Made by a program: the position numbers and the translations under genes. The notes beneath the pieces are model-generated. The model was given only the letters and a program-made list of their open reading frames with translations. It was not told the origin of the DNA and ran no database searches. Below are positions 1-9,787 of a DNA stretch of 64,000 nucleotides, in pieces. This stretch comes from a virus: the IMG/VR virus record IMGVR_UViG_3300037483_001670, positions 64,001 through 128,000 of that record; one strand, given 5' to 3'. Within the stretch, counting starts at the first letter, position 1, and the number at the start of each line of letters is the position of its first letter.

Positions 1-1
1 A

Positions 2-175
2 TGCCAGGTGTGCGAGCGGACCGTGTGCCGCGGCTGCACGCTCGTCATTCCCGGGTCAACCCCGCCCGAGTATTACTCGATGACGCTCTGTTCGACGGCG
101 TGCAGGGAGCAGGCCGGTCGTGATCGTTTGGGAGCTGGAGGTTCAATCAGGTCGAAATCGGGAGCTGGAGGTTGA
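2..175 (+). CDS. 3' end of a Cys-rich (CxxC..CxxC) protein, truncated by the window edge
   Basis: Frame 2 reads CQVCERTVCRGC...CSTAC to TGA at 173-175. Confidence 0.45.
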   Translation, partial: CQVCERTVCRGCTLVIPGSTPPEYYSMTLCSTACREQAGRDRLGAGGSIRSKSGAGG

Positions 176-231
176 CCATGTCGTGGCAGCGTGGGAGCGC
201 TGGAAGCGAGCAATTCGTGGGGAGCTGGAGG
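130..231 (+). repeat. GGGAGCTGGAGG direct repeat on a 30-bp period
   Basis: Exact copies at 130, 160 and 220; degenerate copy GGGAGCGCTGGAAG at 193. Confidence 0.8.
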
Positions 232-249
232 AACGTCCCGTGAGAGGAG

Positions 250-1227
250 TCAGGCGGCCGGGAGGAGGTTGAGCCACACACGGTGCTCGGCCCCCTTCCC
301 GCCGACGGCTTCCCAGCTCGTCCATTGGCACCGTGCGCGGCCGATCGGATCGCGCTTGTCGTAGTGTGGGTTGTCGGCCAAGAACGCGTCCTCGGCCTCC
401 TCGTAGGCGGCGATGGCCTTTTCGTTGAACTTGCCGTCCCGCTTCGAGATCGTCTTCTCGAACCGCGTTCGGTGGTCCGCCCGCGGGAACATGACGCCGA
501 GCAGCCGCGCGTCGAGGCAGATCGTGTCCTGGCCGAGCAGCGCGAGCGTAAACGACAGCTTCGCCAGGCCGAGCCCCTCGGGCGGCGGCGCCTGGAGGGC
601 TAGCACGCGCCGGAGCTCGCGGTCCCGGTAGCCCGTGCCCATCGCCTCGCGGATGACGGGCACGTATTTGGCGACGGCATCGAAAACGGCCGTCTTCGTG
701 TTTTGAAGCCCGACGAAGCACCGTTTGAGCTTCGAGAGATCGGGCATCTGCCGGCCGCGCGCGCGGTAGAGCTCGGCGAAGCAGTTGAACGCGATCTCCG
801 CCTGGTCGATGCGCGTACGCACCGTCGAGACGGCAAAGAGCGCCGACACCCGAATCGCGTCCTCGCTCGGTACACGCATGCGGTGCCTGCGGAGGTAAAC
901 CTCGGCTGCCGGAAAGCCCGACAAGGCTTCTTCGGGCAGGAGCGGGAACTGGTCGCCTTTCGGCGCGTAGCGCGGCCGGCGGTTCGCGACCAGGCGCTCG
1001 ACCCACTTTTCGGACACGCCGAGCTCGACCCCGTAGTACACAGCGGCCGGGTCGACGCTGACGAGCGTGATGATGTCCTCGGGTCGAAACTCGACGAGCT
1101 GAATGCGCACCGGATCGAAGCCGATCAGGGCCGGGCTGCCGTCGGTTTCGGTGCCGACGAGCACGATCGACACGGAGTCCTCGTTGCGAACGATGGCGAA
1201 CGGGAGGGCCGGCATGGCGCCCTCCAT
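250..1227 (-). CDS. HhH-GPD-like DNA glycosylase/lyase-like protein
   Basis: HhH-like PEGLGLAKLSF followed by a conserved Asp motif (CLDARLL) and a C-terminal QWxxW. Confidence 0.5.
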   Translation of the reverse strand: MEGAMPALPFAIVRNEDSVSIVLVGTETDGSPALIGFDPVRIQLVEFRPEDIITLVSVDPAAVYYGVELGVSEKWVERLVANRRPRYAPKGDQFPLLPEEALSGFPAAEVYLRRHRMRVPSEDAIRVSALFAVSTVRTRIDQAEIAFNCFAELYRARGRQMPDLSKLKRCFVGLQNTKTAVFDAVAKYVPVIREAMGTGYRDRELRRVLALQAPPPEGLGLAKLSFTLALLGQDTICLDARLLGVMFPRADHRTRFEKTISKRDGKFNEKAIAAYEEAEDAFLADNPHYDKRDPIGRARCQWTSWEAVGGKGAEHRVWLNLLPAA

Positions 1228-1525
1228 GGTACCCCAAAAAAACTTGACCTACCAAATCCCCCGTGCGGGGTGATAAAGACGATCGGTATTGTGAGTGCTC
1301 GCCTCTTCTACGCCGCTTGTGCGCAGGCGCTCCAGGCCGCCAGCGAACGAAATAGCGTCGCCGTCCAAAGGGCGCTCGGCGATGCATGGCGGCAGCTGAA
1401 CGAGGCGTCTCCGCTGCTGAAGGCGCGCGGCGAGCTCGGGGCGATCGATTCGTTGAAGGAAGAGCTGCGCCAGACGGCCGAAAGCTGCCGGCGCAGCCTC
1501 CGGCCACGCAAAAAGGGAGAGAGCC

Positions 1526-2032
1526 ATGGGTACAGCGAAAGCACAACGAATCGCTCGCACGTCACCATCCGTCAGCACACGCAAGGTGCACCTCAGGCGC
1601 CAGTTTCGAGCGGTCAAGTTCCTGACGACGGTCAGCACGGTGGCAGGGTGGTTCGCGATGTGGGCCGTGCGGCAGAGCCCCTACGGCTACCCGGACAAGC
1701 TCGACAAGGTGGTGCACCGCCTGCGGCGCGAGCTCCTTCACCACGCCCGGAGCGTGCCGAAAGCCAATCGCCTCATGAAGGCGGCCGGGATGTTCACGAT
1801 CGATCAGAACGCGCTCGAGGATCTCATCCTGAGCGTGCTCAAGCCGTGCCGCGAGTTTCAAAAGTGGAACCAGCGCAAGAACGGCAACAAAGCACCGTTC
1901 GGTATCAGCACCCGCTACGACGATCCGTCGAAGCGCGATCCCGATGATGATTTCATCGATCTCGACGCGCTCGCGCGCAACGTGGCGCACGGTGTAGCCG
2001 CCGAAGAGATCGAAGCGAGCAAGCACGACTGA
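1526..2032 (+). CDS. hypothetical protein
   Basis: GGGAGAG RBS before the ATG; protein-like composition. Confidence 0.6.
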   Translation: MGTAKAQRIARTSPSVSTRKVHLRRQFRAVKFLTTVSTVAGWFAMWAVRQSPYGYPDKLDKVVHRLRRELLHHARSVPKANRLMKAAGMFTIDQNALEDLILSVLKPCREFQKWNQRKNGNKAPFGISTRYDDPSKRDPDDDFIDLDALARNVAHGVAAEEIEASKHD

Positions 2033-2218
2033 GAGGTCGGGGCCCCACGCGCATCGGCGGGTCGCTAGCCCCGCGTCGAAGACTGGTCGATGGTCCGCCC
2101 GCTTTTTCCCGAGTCCCTCTTGCCGGAGGTGGCAGGGCGCTGCGGCTCTACGTCTTCCGAGACCTTCCGAATCGTGCTTGCTCGGGTAGACGACGCGTGG
2201 CGAGCCGGTTTCTGACAA

Positions 2219-2956
2219 CTAGATCGACGCGAGGATGCTTTGCGCGGCCGCCGCCGGGTCAAAGGCATCGCGGATGGGCGAGCCGACCACGATCATGGAC
2301 GCTCCGTCGGCCATGGCCTGCTTTGGCGTGCCGATGCGTTGTTGGTCGTCCGGCATGACGACCCCCGCCGCGCGCAGCACGGCGGACGCCTGGCGAAGGG
2401 TTCCGGTGTCCAACGGCCGAATCCCGGGAACGAGCAGAAACCGGTCTGGCGCGCCCCGGCGCAGGGTCGCTACCTCCCGCGGCGAGCACACGAAGTCGTT
2501 CACCCCGAGCGCGGCGGCATAGCCCGAGAGAAACCCGACGCGCGCCGACACGCTCGTCGAGGGTCCCATCGACAGATCTTCCAAGTCCTCCCCCTGCATC
2601 GAGGTCAGCACGGTGACGCCCAAGAGCCGGATGCCGAACGGCTCCGCGGCGCGCGCGGCCGCTTCCATGGTGGCGCGCTGCTGGATGTGCATCGTCACGA
2701 ACTTCACGCCGAGGTCCCCGGCCGCTGCGACCGCGCGGGCCACGGTCCGCGGGATGTCGTGCAACTTGAGATCGAGGATGATCGGCCGCGCGGTTTGCTG
2801 CGGCGTCGGCAGCTTGCCGCTCGCGATGAAGAGCTCGAGGCCGACCTTGAACGCTCCGACGTGGTCCTCGAGCAGGTGGATGTAGCGATCGGCGTCGTCC
2901 TTGGACGGCAGGTCGAGAGCGAAGCAGATCGGGTTCGTAATTGTTTCCGAGCTCAT
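2219..2956 (-). CDS. pyrF: orotidine-5'-phosphate decarboxylase
   Basis: FALD, KVGLELF, DLKLHDIPRTV active-site motif, VLTS, VPGIRP, QQRIGTP, IVVGSPI. Confidence 0.95.
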   Translation of the reverse strand: MSSETITNPICFALDLPSKDDADRYIHLLEDHVGAFKVGLELFIASGKLPTPQQTARPIILDLKLHDIPRTVARAVAAAGDLGVKFVTMHIQQRATMEAAARAAEPFGIRLLGVTVLTSMQGEDLEDLSMGPSTSVSARVGFLSGYAAALGVNDFVCSPREVATLRRGAPDRFLLVPGIRPLDTGTLRQASAVLRAAGVVMPDDQQRIGTPKQAMADGASMIVVGSPIRDAFDPAAAAQSILASI

Positions 2957-2974
2957 TCGTATTCCTTTACGAGG

Positions 2975-3190
2975 TCAAGTGGAGCAGGTGGGACAGCGGG
3001 GACCGACCGGCACGAGTTTGCTGCACGTCTTGCAATAGTAAAATGGGTCGCCGCCTGGCATGACCTTCTTCAATCCTTCGCCGTTGTTGAGCCGCGAACG
3101 GAGCTCGCAGAGCTCGGCGGCGGTCATCTCGCACGCGAGGTCCGTGATGAGATCGGAGACGCTGCCCCGCCACGCGACACGGACAGTCAC
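2975..3190 (-). CDS. small Zn-ribbon hypothetical protein
   Basis: CKTC...CPTC at the C-terminus; lies in a tightly packed minus-strand operon. Confidence 0.55.
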   Translation of the reverse strand: MTVRVAWRGSVSDLITDLACEMTAAELCELRSRLNNGEGLKKVMPGGDPFYYCKTCSKLVPVGPRCPTCST

Positions 3191-3191
3191 C

Positions 3192-3518
3192 TCAGGCCTC
3201 CGCCGCGGGCGTCTCGGTCACCTTGCCGGCGGCGTGCGCCAGCGCCCGAGCGAGCCACAAGATTTCCACGGCCGCGTCGTAGGCCGTCGTGAGGTTGCCG
3301 GATTGCATCGCCTTGACGAAGATCGCGCCCGCGCCGACCGTGGCCTGGCCGAGGTCGTCCGGCAGCACCTCATCGGTCCCCAGCGCTTCGACGAGGCCGC
3401 GCCGAATGGTCGGACCTCGATCGGCCATGGCAGCGACGAGCGCCGCCATCACCTCTTGCTTCGTGGGCAGCTGTTTGCGGCTTTGCGCGGCGAGGCCGCG
3501 TCGTTCGTGTCGGCTCAT
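3192..3518 (-). CDS. hypothetical protein
   Basis: ATG at 3518 overlaps the upstream stop; start revised from the ORF track. Confidence 0.55.
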   Translation of the reverse strand: MSRHERRGLAAQSRKQLPTKQEVMAALVAAMADRGPTIRRGLVEALGTDEVLPDDLGQATVGAGAIFVKAMQSGNLTTAYDAAVEILWLARALAHAAGKVTETPAAEA

Positions 3519-3934
3519 CGGGGGAAGAGTCCTTTCTCGCGGCCAGCGGCGAGAATCGCCGCGATGGCTGCCTGGGTCAGCACCGGGATGTGGATGTAGT
3601 CGCACCAGCGGCACGAGGGCACTTCTGCGTACCAGCCTTGGCGCTTGTCCGACCAGCGCCAGGTGTGCTGCTGGAGCGTGAACTTGGGCGCGGCCGCGTC
3701 GCAGCACCTCTCCTGCGTCGCGCGCTCGAGCGTCAGAAGGTCCGCGTGGGCGATCTCGACCGTGACGACGTGGCCCTCGCACTCGTCGTTCAGCTCGACT
3801 ACGTCGTCCGGCATGAAGTCGACGTTTTCCTCGACCTCGACCACGAACCACCCCTCCTCCGCGTCCGAGCGCAGAATCGCTTCGAGGTACCGTCGGTCCT
3901 CGCGGTTCAGCTGGATCAACTGCGGCGCGGGCAT
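3515..3934 (-). CDS. hypothetical protein
   Basis: Coupled ATG/stop overlaps on both sides. Confidence 0.6.
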   Translation of the reverse strand: MPAPQLIQLNREDRRYLEAILRSDAEEGWFVVEVEENVDFMPDDVVELNDECEGHVVTVEIAHADLLTLERATQERCCDAAAPKFTLQQHTWRWSDKRQGWYAEVPSCRWCDYIHIPVLTQAAIAAILAAGREKGLFPR

Positions 3935-4344
3935 CAGATCGCTGCGTCAGCGTCGAAGACGTCGTCAGTCGCTTGCTGCGGAGCGTTCGGGAGCCAGAAC
4001 GCATCGAAGTGCATCTGTCGTTCGTCGGCCGGCACCTGCCGCTTCGGTCGCTCGAACACGGCTGCGAACTTCCCCTGCGACACCTCGCGCAGCCACGCGA
4101 GCTCGGCCGGTCGGAGCCATGCGTGCGGCGGAATCGAAGTCAGCGCCTCCAGGGCAAACATGATGGCCATGCTGCTCGGGCGCGCGGGGTCCTCGGCGCG
4201 GCACCAGTAGGACACGGTGGCCGGCGTCAAGTTCAGCACCCGCGCCATGCCGGCGAAGGTGCGGGACTTGTCGGCCTCGAACCAAATGCGGAGCGCTTCG
4301 TGCCCCGGAGCTTCGTTCACCACAGCAGATTCTGGCGACGTCAT
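3934..4344 (-). CDS. Cro/XRE-like HTH protein
   Basis: TFAGMARVLNLTPATVSYWCR HTH-like segment; own promoter directly upstream. Confidence 0.55.
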   Translation of the reverse strand: MTSPESAVVNEAPGHEALRIWFEADKSRTFAGMARVLNLTPATVSYWCRAEDPARPSSMAIMFALEALTSIPPHAWLRPAELAWLREVSQGKFAAVFERPKRQVPADERQMHFDAFWLPNAPQQATDDVFDADAAI

Positions 4345-4345
4345 C

Positions 4346-4383
4346 GTTACGATCGTACTACCCGGCGCGCGCGTAGCTGTCAA
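4346..4383 (-). promoter_or_regulatory. sigma70-like promoter overlapped by a dyad box
   Basis: Minus strand TTGACA-17-TAGTAC; box GTTACGATCGTAC at 4346-4358 abuts the ATG at 4344. Confidence 0.6.
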
Positions 4384-6100
4384 TCAACGCGTCGGTCTGC
4401 CCGAGCGCCTCTTCGAGAACCGCGGCCTCGTCGACCGCGAGCGGGTCGTCGAGCGTGTGAGCGATGAGGATTTCCTTGTCGGCGCTGAGGCCGGCGATGT
4501 ACTCGTCGACCGTGCCGGCGGCGTCGAGAAACGTCGCCATGACCGGCCTGCGCTGTCCGATGCGGTGGCAGCGCGCGATGGCCTGCCGCATCATGGTCGG
4601 CTCCCAGAGCCGCTCGGTGAAAAGGAGATCCGATGCGCGTTCTTGCAAGTTGAGCCCGACGCCGGCGCATTTGATCGGCGCGATGAACACGTCCGTGTAC
4701 CCGGCGTTGAACATGTCGACCGCGCGCTGGCGCTTCACGGCCGGGTCGGCGCTCCCCACGATGGAGACGCGCCCTTGCCGGAGGCGCATGCACTCGTTGT
4801 AGATGGCGATCAGGATGTCCTTGTGGAACCCAAACACCACCAGCGGCTCGACGGTCTCCCGATCGAACCACTGCTCGAGGTACTCTGGAATCGCGCGCCG
4901 CATCTTGCCCTGGGCCGCCAGGTGCCGGAGCGTTGTCAGCTTCACGATGGCCTGCGCGCGCGACGCCGCCCGGGCCCGGACGTCCCCGAACTGTTGCGAC
5001 CGCATCCAGGCGATGATGTCTCCCTCGGCTTGCTTGTAGGCCCGCATGTCCCACTCGTCGATCTCGACCAAGATCTGACGCGCGGACTGCGGCGGCAAAT
5101 CCTGCGCGACCTCGTGCTTGCGGCGGCGGAGGAGAATCGGTTCGACGCGCGTCTTCAGCTCTTCGAGGTGCTCGACGCGGCCGGCGCTGTTGATGACGCT
5201 CGTTTGCTCGTCGGCCAGGTGGTCGTCGTCCGGCGGCGCCCGGCAGTAGCGTTGGTCGAACTCTTCGAAGCTCCGCCACTCGCTCGGGTCCGCGTTGTGC
5301 AGTAGGCGCCAGAGGTCCCGGAGCTTGTTGTAGACCGGCGTACCGGTGAGCTCGACGGTGCGGCCGATCCAGCTCGAGAGCCGGGTCGCCGCCGCGGCGC
5401 GGTGCTTCGTCGACGGCTTCGGGTGCTTGTAGTCCTGCGCCTCGTCGAGCACGAAGCAGCGCGCGTGGAGGTTGCCGAGCTGCTCCTCGCGCGCCGTCAG
5501 GAGGTCCCGGTTCAGGATGATGACGTCGGCGCCGCGGATCTCGCCCCGTTTGGTGTTGAGGATCTCGATGGTCGGCGGGTTGACCGTCCAGCTGAACTCG
5601 CGCGCCCAGTTGATCTTGACACCGGTCGGACAAACAACGACCGCGGGGTACATGTTCGTGGCGACGATGGCCGCGATTGCCTGGGCGCTCTTGCCGAGGC
5701 CCATGTCGTCGCCGAGAATGGCGCCCTTCGCAGCGGCCAATTGGGAGGCGATCCAGGCGGCGCCCTCGACCTGATAGCGGTAAAGCGGCCGGCGCATCAC
5801 CTGCGCGACTCGCTTTTTCCACTCGGGGTCAACGACCCGGATGTCGTAGGGCGGGGGAACGGCCTGCACGGCCACCTTGCCGAGCTCGGTCACGCGGCCG
5901 TGTTTGCCGATTGGCGTGACGCGCACCGCTTCCGCGATGAGCGTCACCTCAGTCCCGAGCTTCGGAGGTTCGCGCGTCGTGTACCAATACATCTCCGGGC
6001 CGGGGCCGACGGTGACCGCAAAACTGCCGTCGATCCGCGGTCGGACTGCCACGACGATGCCGCTGGCGTGCACCTCGGCGGCGGAGCCGCCCGCCGTCAT
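4358..6100 (-). CDS. SNF2-family helicase/ATPase
   Basis: LGDDMGLGKS, VVCP, VLDEAQ, LTGTPVYN, GVGLNLQ, QAIARCHRIGQ. Confidence 0.93.
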   Translation of the reverse strand: MTAGGSAAEVHASGIVVAVRPRIDGSFAVTVGPGPEMYWYTTREPPKLGTEVTLIAEAVRVTPIGKHGRVTELGKVAVQAVPPPYDIRVVDPEWKKRVAQVMRRPLYRYQVEGAAWIASQLAAAKGAILGDDMGLGKSAQAIAAIVATNMYPAVVVCPTGVKINWAREFSWTVNPPTIEILNTKRGEIRGADVIILNRDLLTAREEQLGNLHARCFVLDEAQDYKHPKPSTKHRAAAATRLSSWIGRTVELTGTPVYNKLRDLWRLLHNADPSEWRSFEEFDQRYCRAPPDDDHLADEQTSVINSAGRVEHLEELKTRVEPILLRRRKHEVAQDLPPQSARQILVEIDEWDMRAYKQAEGDIIAWMRSQQFGDVRARAASRAQAIVKLTTLRHLAAQGKMRRAIPEYLEQWFDRETVEPLVVFGFHKDILIAIYNECMRLRQGRVSIVGSADPAVKRQRAVDMFNAGYTDVFIAPIKCAGVGLNLQERASDLLFTERLWEPTMMRQAIARCHRIGQRRPVMATFLDAAGTVDEYIAGLSADKEILIAHTLDDPLAVDEAAVLEEALGQTDALIDSYARAG

Positions 6101-6399
6101 TGCAGCTTCGAGCGGGCCTTCGGCCGCTTCGTCGACCTCTTCGAGTGACCATTGGTGACCCGACGCCGGGGGCGAAGCTCGTTCTGCACTTCCAGGATCT
6201 GCGGAAGGAGGCCGGGTTTGACCCGTTCGAACTCGAAAAGCATCAGCACCTTCAGGTCACGGCCGAGCTCAAGATTTCGGATCGTGGAGACGCAGCATCC
6301 CATCTTGCTTGCGAGCTCATCGCGGGTGAGCGACTCCGGGTCGCTCTTGCGCCAACGTTTGATGATGTCGCCGATCTGGACGTTCGCAGCAGTTGCCAT
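6097..6399 (-). CDS. XRE-family HTH transcriptional regulator
   Basis: LTRDELASKMGCCVSTIRNLELG; divergent from the recT-like operon. Confidence 0.8.
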   Translation of the reverse strand: MATAANVQIGDIIKRWRKSDPESLTRDELASKMGCCVSTIRNLELGRDLKVLMLFEFERVKPGLLPQILEVQNELRPRRRVTNGHSKRSTKRPKARSKLQ

Positions 6400-6438
6400 G
6401 AGTTGAAACCCTATGTTCTCTCGATCCGAAATGCACTC

Positions 6439-6489
6439 GTACGATCGTACTAGTACGTTCTTGACACTCCAGATTGTAGCATTTACGGT
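6439..6489 (+). promoter_or_regulatory. double dyad operator plus sigma70-like promoter
   Basis: GTACGATCGTAC-TA-GTACGTTC immediately followed by TTGACA-17-TACGGT. Confidence 0.75.
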
Positions 6490-6512
6490 GGCTGCTCACT
6501 TCGGGAGGCGAA

Positions 6513-7619
6513 ATGGTCGAGGCGCAGAGTACAGAACTAGCACGAACCGGAGCGTCCACACTGGCGCCCGGGGTCCGGCTGCCGGTAGCGTTGGTCGAGC
6601 GCGAGAAGGCGGGCCGCCTCTACCCGACAGAGATCGAGTGGTCGGCCATTTTGCAAGCCGCCTCCTCAATGTGGAAGAGCGGCATCGCGAAGGCGATGAA
6701 TTTCGAGACCGAGACCGCCATCGTGACGGTGGCCCTGAAAGGGTGGGAGCTCGGAGTCCCGCTCATGGCTTCGCTCGAGGGTATGCCGGTCATCAAAGGC
6801 AAGCCGAAGCCGACCGGAGGGTTTCTCGAATTTTTGGGCGCGCGCATCGGTGGCCGGGTCGAGTGGATCAAGGACGGTCGTGACGGTACCGCGGAGGTGA
6901 TTGCGCACCGGCCGGGCAAGAAGCCGGTGCGCGGCATCTTCACCATGGAGGACGCGAAGCGCGCCGGCCTCATGGTCAAGGACACGTACCAGCAGTACCC
7001 GTCCGACATGCTTTGTAAGCGGGCGCTCTCGCGGGCGACGTGGAAGCAGTACAGCGATCTCTATTTCGGTCACGTGCCGAGCGTCAACGAGGTCGCTGAC
7101 GACGATTACGTCGACGAGGACGCTGAGACGGTTGCGACTGACGGCGGGGTCGAGACGGCGCCCAATGGAAGCGCGGAGCCGGCAGCCGGTGGCAAGACCC
7201 GGCGGACCAAGACGACCCCGGCAACGACGACTACGGCCGCGCCGGCCGGCGGTTCGGTGGCACCGGCGGCTGCGCCGGTCAATGGGCAGCCTGCGAGCCC
7301 GGCGCCGGCTGCCCAGCCAGCTAGCGCCGCCGCTGCCGCACCGGCTGCGTCGGAGCCAGCGCAGGCGCCGGCCGCGACCGGAGCGGCCCCAGTGCCGGCA
7401 GGGGCACCCCCGGACATGGTGCTTCACTTTTCCAAGGGCGACTATGCCGGCAAAAAGTTGTCCGATCTGACCGAACCCGACTTCCGCAAGATCATTCCCG
7501 GCACGCGGAGCGCCTTGGCGAACCCGAACCTGCCGCCGGATCGCAAGCAGATTCACGTCGACTGGCTTCCGCGCTTCGAGGCATGGGCCGCGTTTCGCGG
7601 CATCCTGATCCCGGCTTGA
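6513..7619 (+). CDS. RecT/Redbeta-like single-strand annealing protein with Ala/Pro linker and small C-terminal domain
   Basis: GWELGVPLMASL, DAKRAGL, YQQYPSDMLCKRALSRA...D...G pattern; C-terminal FSKGDYAGKKLSDL. Confidence 0.65.
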   Translation: MVEAQSTELARTGASTLAPGVRLPVALVEREKAGRLYPTEIEWSAILQAASSMWKSGIAKAMNFETETAIVTVALKGWELGVPLMASLEGMPVIKGKPKPTGGFLEFLGARIGGRVEWIKDGRDGTAEVIAHRPGKKPVRGIFTMEDAKRAGLMVKDTYQQYPSDMLCKRALSRATWKQYSDLYFGHVPSVNEVADDDYVDEDAETVATDGGVETAPNGSAEPAAGGKTRRTKTTPATTTTAAPAGGSVAPAAAPVNGQPASPAPAAQPASAAAAAPAASEPAQAPAATGAAPVPAGAPPDMVLHFSKGDYAGKKLSDLTEPDFRKIIPGTRSALANPNLPPDRKQIHVDWLPRFEAWAAFRGILIPA

Positions 7620-7811
7620 GCGTGGCATCGCCCAGACGATCGAAGACGACTCGTGTTCGCCGGCCGCGCGCCCGGCCTCTCGCTTGGATGTTCGACCAGC
7701 GCGCAGACGGGTCACTTCACGTCGAGATCGACATAACCAAGAAACGCGCAAGCACCTGCTCGCTCTCATTCGTGAAATCGACCTGCGCCTCAAAAGGAAA
7801 TCAGTCCGACC

Positions 7812-8144
7812 ATGAAGCTCATCCCGCTCTACCAGAAAGTCATCGTGCGACCCCTCGTCGAACCGGACCGCACGAAAGGCGGCATCATCGTGCCCGAGAC
7901 GGCAAGGAAGACCGAGCGGGCGTACACCGCGAAGGTGGTCGCCGTCGGCCCCGGCCGCATCCTCCAAGACGGCCAGCTCTTGCCCTGCACCGTCAAGGTT
8001 GGCGACACCGTCATTTGCCCGCACTACGTCTACCGGGACAACAACGGCACCGAGCAGACGAGCGACATCGAGATCAAGGGACCCGAGGGGGAAATGCTCC
8101 GCGTCGTGCTCGAGCCCGACCTGCACGCGATCGTGGAGGAGTAG
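7812..8144 (+). CDS. groES: co-chaperonin GroES-like
   Basis: MKLIPLYQKVIVRP, TKGGIIVPETA mobile loop, VVAVGPGR, VKVGDTV. Confidence 0.9.
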   Translation: MKLIPLYQKVIVRPLVEPDRTKGGIIVPETARKTERAYTAKVVAVGPGRILQDGQLLPCTVKVGDTVICPHYVYRDNNGTEQTSDIEIKGPEGEMLRVVLEPDLHAIVEE

Positions 8145-9149
8145 ATGAAACAGTACTTAGACGCCGTGCGTGAGGTGCTCCAGCAGGGGACCCGCAAAGA
8201 GAATCGCACAGGGGTCGACACCCTCTCCACGTTCAATATCACCTACGAGATCGATCTGCGCGACGGGTTCCCGCTGCTGACCACGAAGCAGATCTCGTGG
8301 AAGAATATCGTCGTCGAGAACCTCTGGTTTCTGTCGGGCGATCCGCAAATTGGCCTCCTGCGCAAACACGGCTGCAAGTTCTGGGACGCTTGGGCGAACG
8401 AGGACGGTAGCGTGCCGAGCGCGTACGGCAACTTCTGGCGGCGCTTTCCGGTGCCGGGTCCGAGCATTCCGATACGCACTATGTCAACGATCCCCGAAGA
8501 GACAACCGGTGAGGCTAGCGTCGTCGAGTACAACGATCAACTCGCGTGGGTGCTAGCCGAGCTGAAGCGCAACCCGATGAGTCGGCGCCTAGTCGTGTCG
8601 GCGTGGGCTCCCGGCAACGCGCAGACGTCGAAACTGCCACCGTGCCACCTCCTCTTCACGTTCAACGTGCAGAGCATGCGCAAGGGTCCAAACCGCGACC
8701 TCTTGCTCACGCCCGAGCAGGAACGAAACCTGACGCCCGAAGAGCGCGCCTTCAACTTCGAGCAGGTGCTTTGCCTGCACCTCACGCAGCGCAGCTGCGA
8801 CATTGCGATCGGCGTGCCGTACAACATCGCCGGCTACGCATTTCTCCTCGAGCTGTTCGCCCGGTTCAGCGGCATTCGCGCCGGCATCTTCGCTCACACG
8901 CTCATCGACGCTCATGCGTACACGTCGAAACCGGACGGCTCGATGACCGAGTACGACCACGTTCCTGGTCTCGAGCTCCAGCTGACGCGCGCGCCGCGCC
9001 GGCTGCCGCGTCTTGTGATCGACGATGGCATTCGCGATCTCGCCGACATTCGCCCGCTGCTCGAGGCACCGACCGATGATCTCCTGAAGCACTTCGCGCT
9101 CGAAGGCTACGATCCGCACCCGGCCATCTCCTTCAAAGTAGCGGTATGA
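8145..9149 (+). CDS. thyA: thymidylate synthase
   Basis: NRTGVDT, FPLLTTK, SRRLVVSAW, LPPCH, QRSCDIAIGVPYN, DAHAY. Confidence 0.97.
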   Translation: MKQYLDAVREVLQQGTRKENRTGVDTLSTFNITYEIDLRDGFPLLTTKQISWKNIVVENLWFLSGDPQIGLLRKHGCKFWDAWANEDGSVPSAYGNFWRRFPVPGPSIPIRTMSTIPEETTGEASVVEYNDQLAWVLAELKRNPMSRRLVVSAWAPGNAQTSKLPPCHLLFTFNVQSMRKGPNRDLLLTPEQERNLTPEERAFNFEQVLCLHLTQRSCDIAIGVPYNIAGYAFLLELFARFSGIRAGIFAHTLIDAHAYTSKPDGSMTEYDHVPGLELQLTRAPRRLPRLVIDDGIRDLADIRPLLEAPTDDLLKHFALEGYDPHPAISFKVAV

Positions 9150-9787
9150 TTTTCCCGATCACGCGCGCCGAGTGGGAGATGAAATTGGTGCAGCGCGCCG
9201 GCGGCACGTATTCGAATCACGCGCTCGTGGCGTCGTCCGATTTGATGATCTCGAAGCGGGACGGCGAGTTCATGGACTCGGTACGCCGTTGGGACGTTCG
9301 TCGGGCCGGGTCGTCGGCTTACAGTTTCGAGGCCGTGTGTCTGGCCCGTGGACGTCTTCTCGTGCACGGTGACATCGCGGCCGTGATCTTCGCTCCGAGC
9401 GAAAGCATGTCGCCGATCGACCTGGTTCGGTTCGTCGCAAAGACCGCTGAGCTCGACTACATCCGCAGCAAGGTCATCACGACCAACACGTACGGATGGG
9501 TGGCCGACGTTGCCATCCGCGATCTCGAAGAGCACATGGAGCAAACCCAGTGCGCGCTCTCCCGCGCTAGCCAGGCGAGGTACGATGGTTTTTGCGCGAT
9601 CGTCGACAACCTTCGCAGGGAGGAGTTGACCAACGAGATCGACTTTCGGAAACGTCTGTTTGAATGCACCGACGACTACGAGCTCACCTGCGGGCAGGTC
9701 GTGCATCCCGACGTCATCTGGGCACAGCAGGCCGTCGCTTGCCTCTACCGTTTGATCGGCGGCACCGCTAAGGACGTCCAGTCTTGA
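9146..9787 (+). CDS. hypothetical protein
   Basis: ATGA overlap with thyA. Confidence 0.6.
   Translation: MIFPITRAEWEMKLVQRAGGTYSNHALVASSDLMISKRDGEFMDSVRRWDVRRAGSSAYSFEAVCLARGRLLVHGDIAAVIFAPSESMSPIDLVRFVAKTAELDYIRSKVITTNTYGWVADVAIRDLEEHMEQTQCALSRASQARYDGFCAIVDNLRREELTNEIDFRKRLFECTDDYELTCGQVVHPDVIWAQQAVACLYRLIGGTAKDVQS

Noticed and set aside
130-231. Mini-CRISPR
   Set aside because: The 12-nt repeat and 18-nt spacers are far too short.
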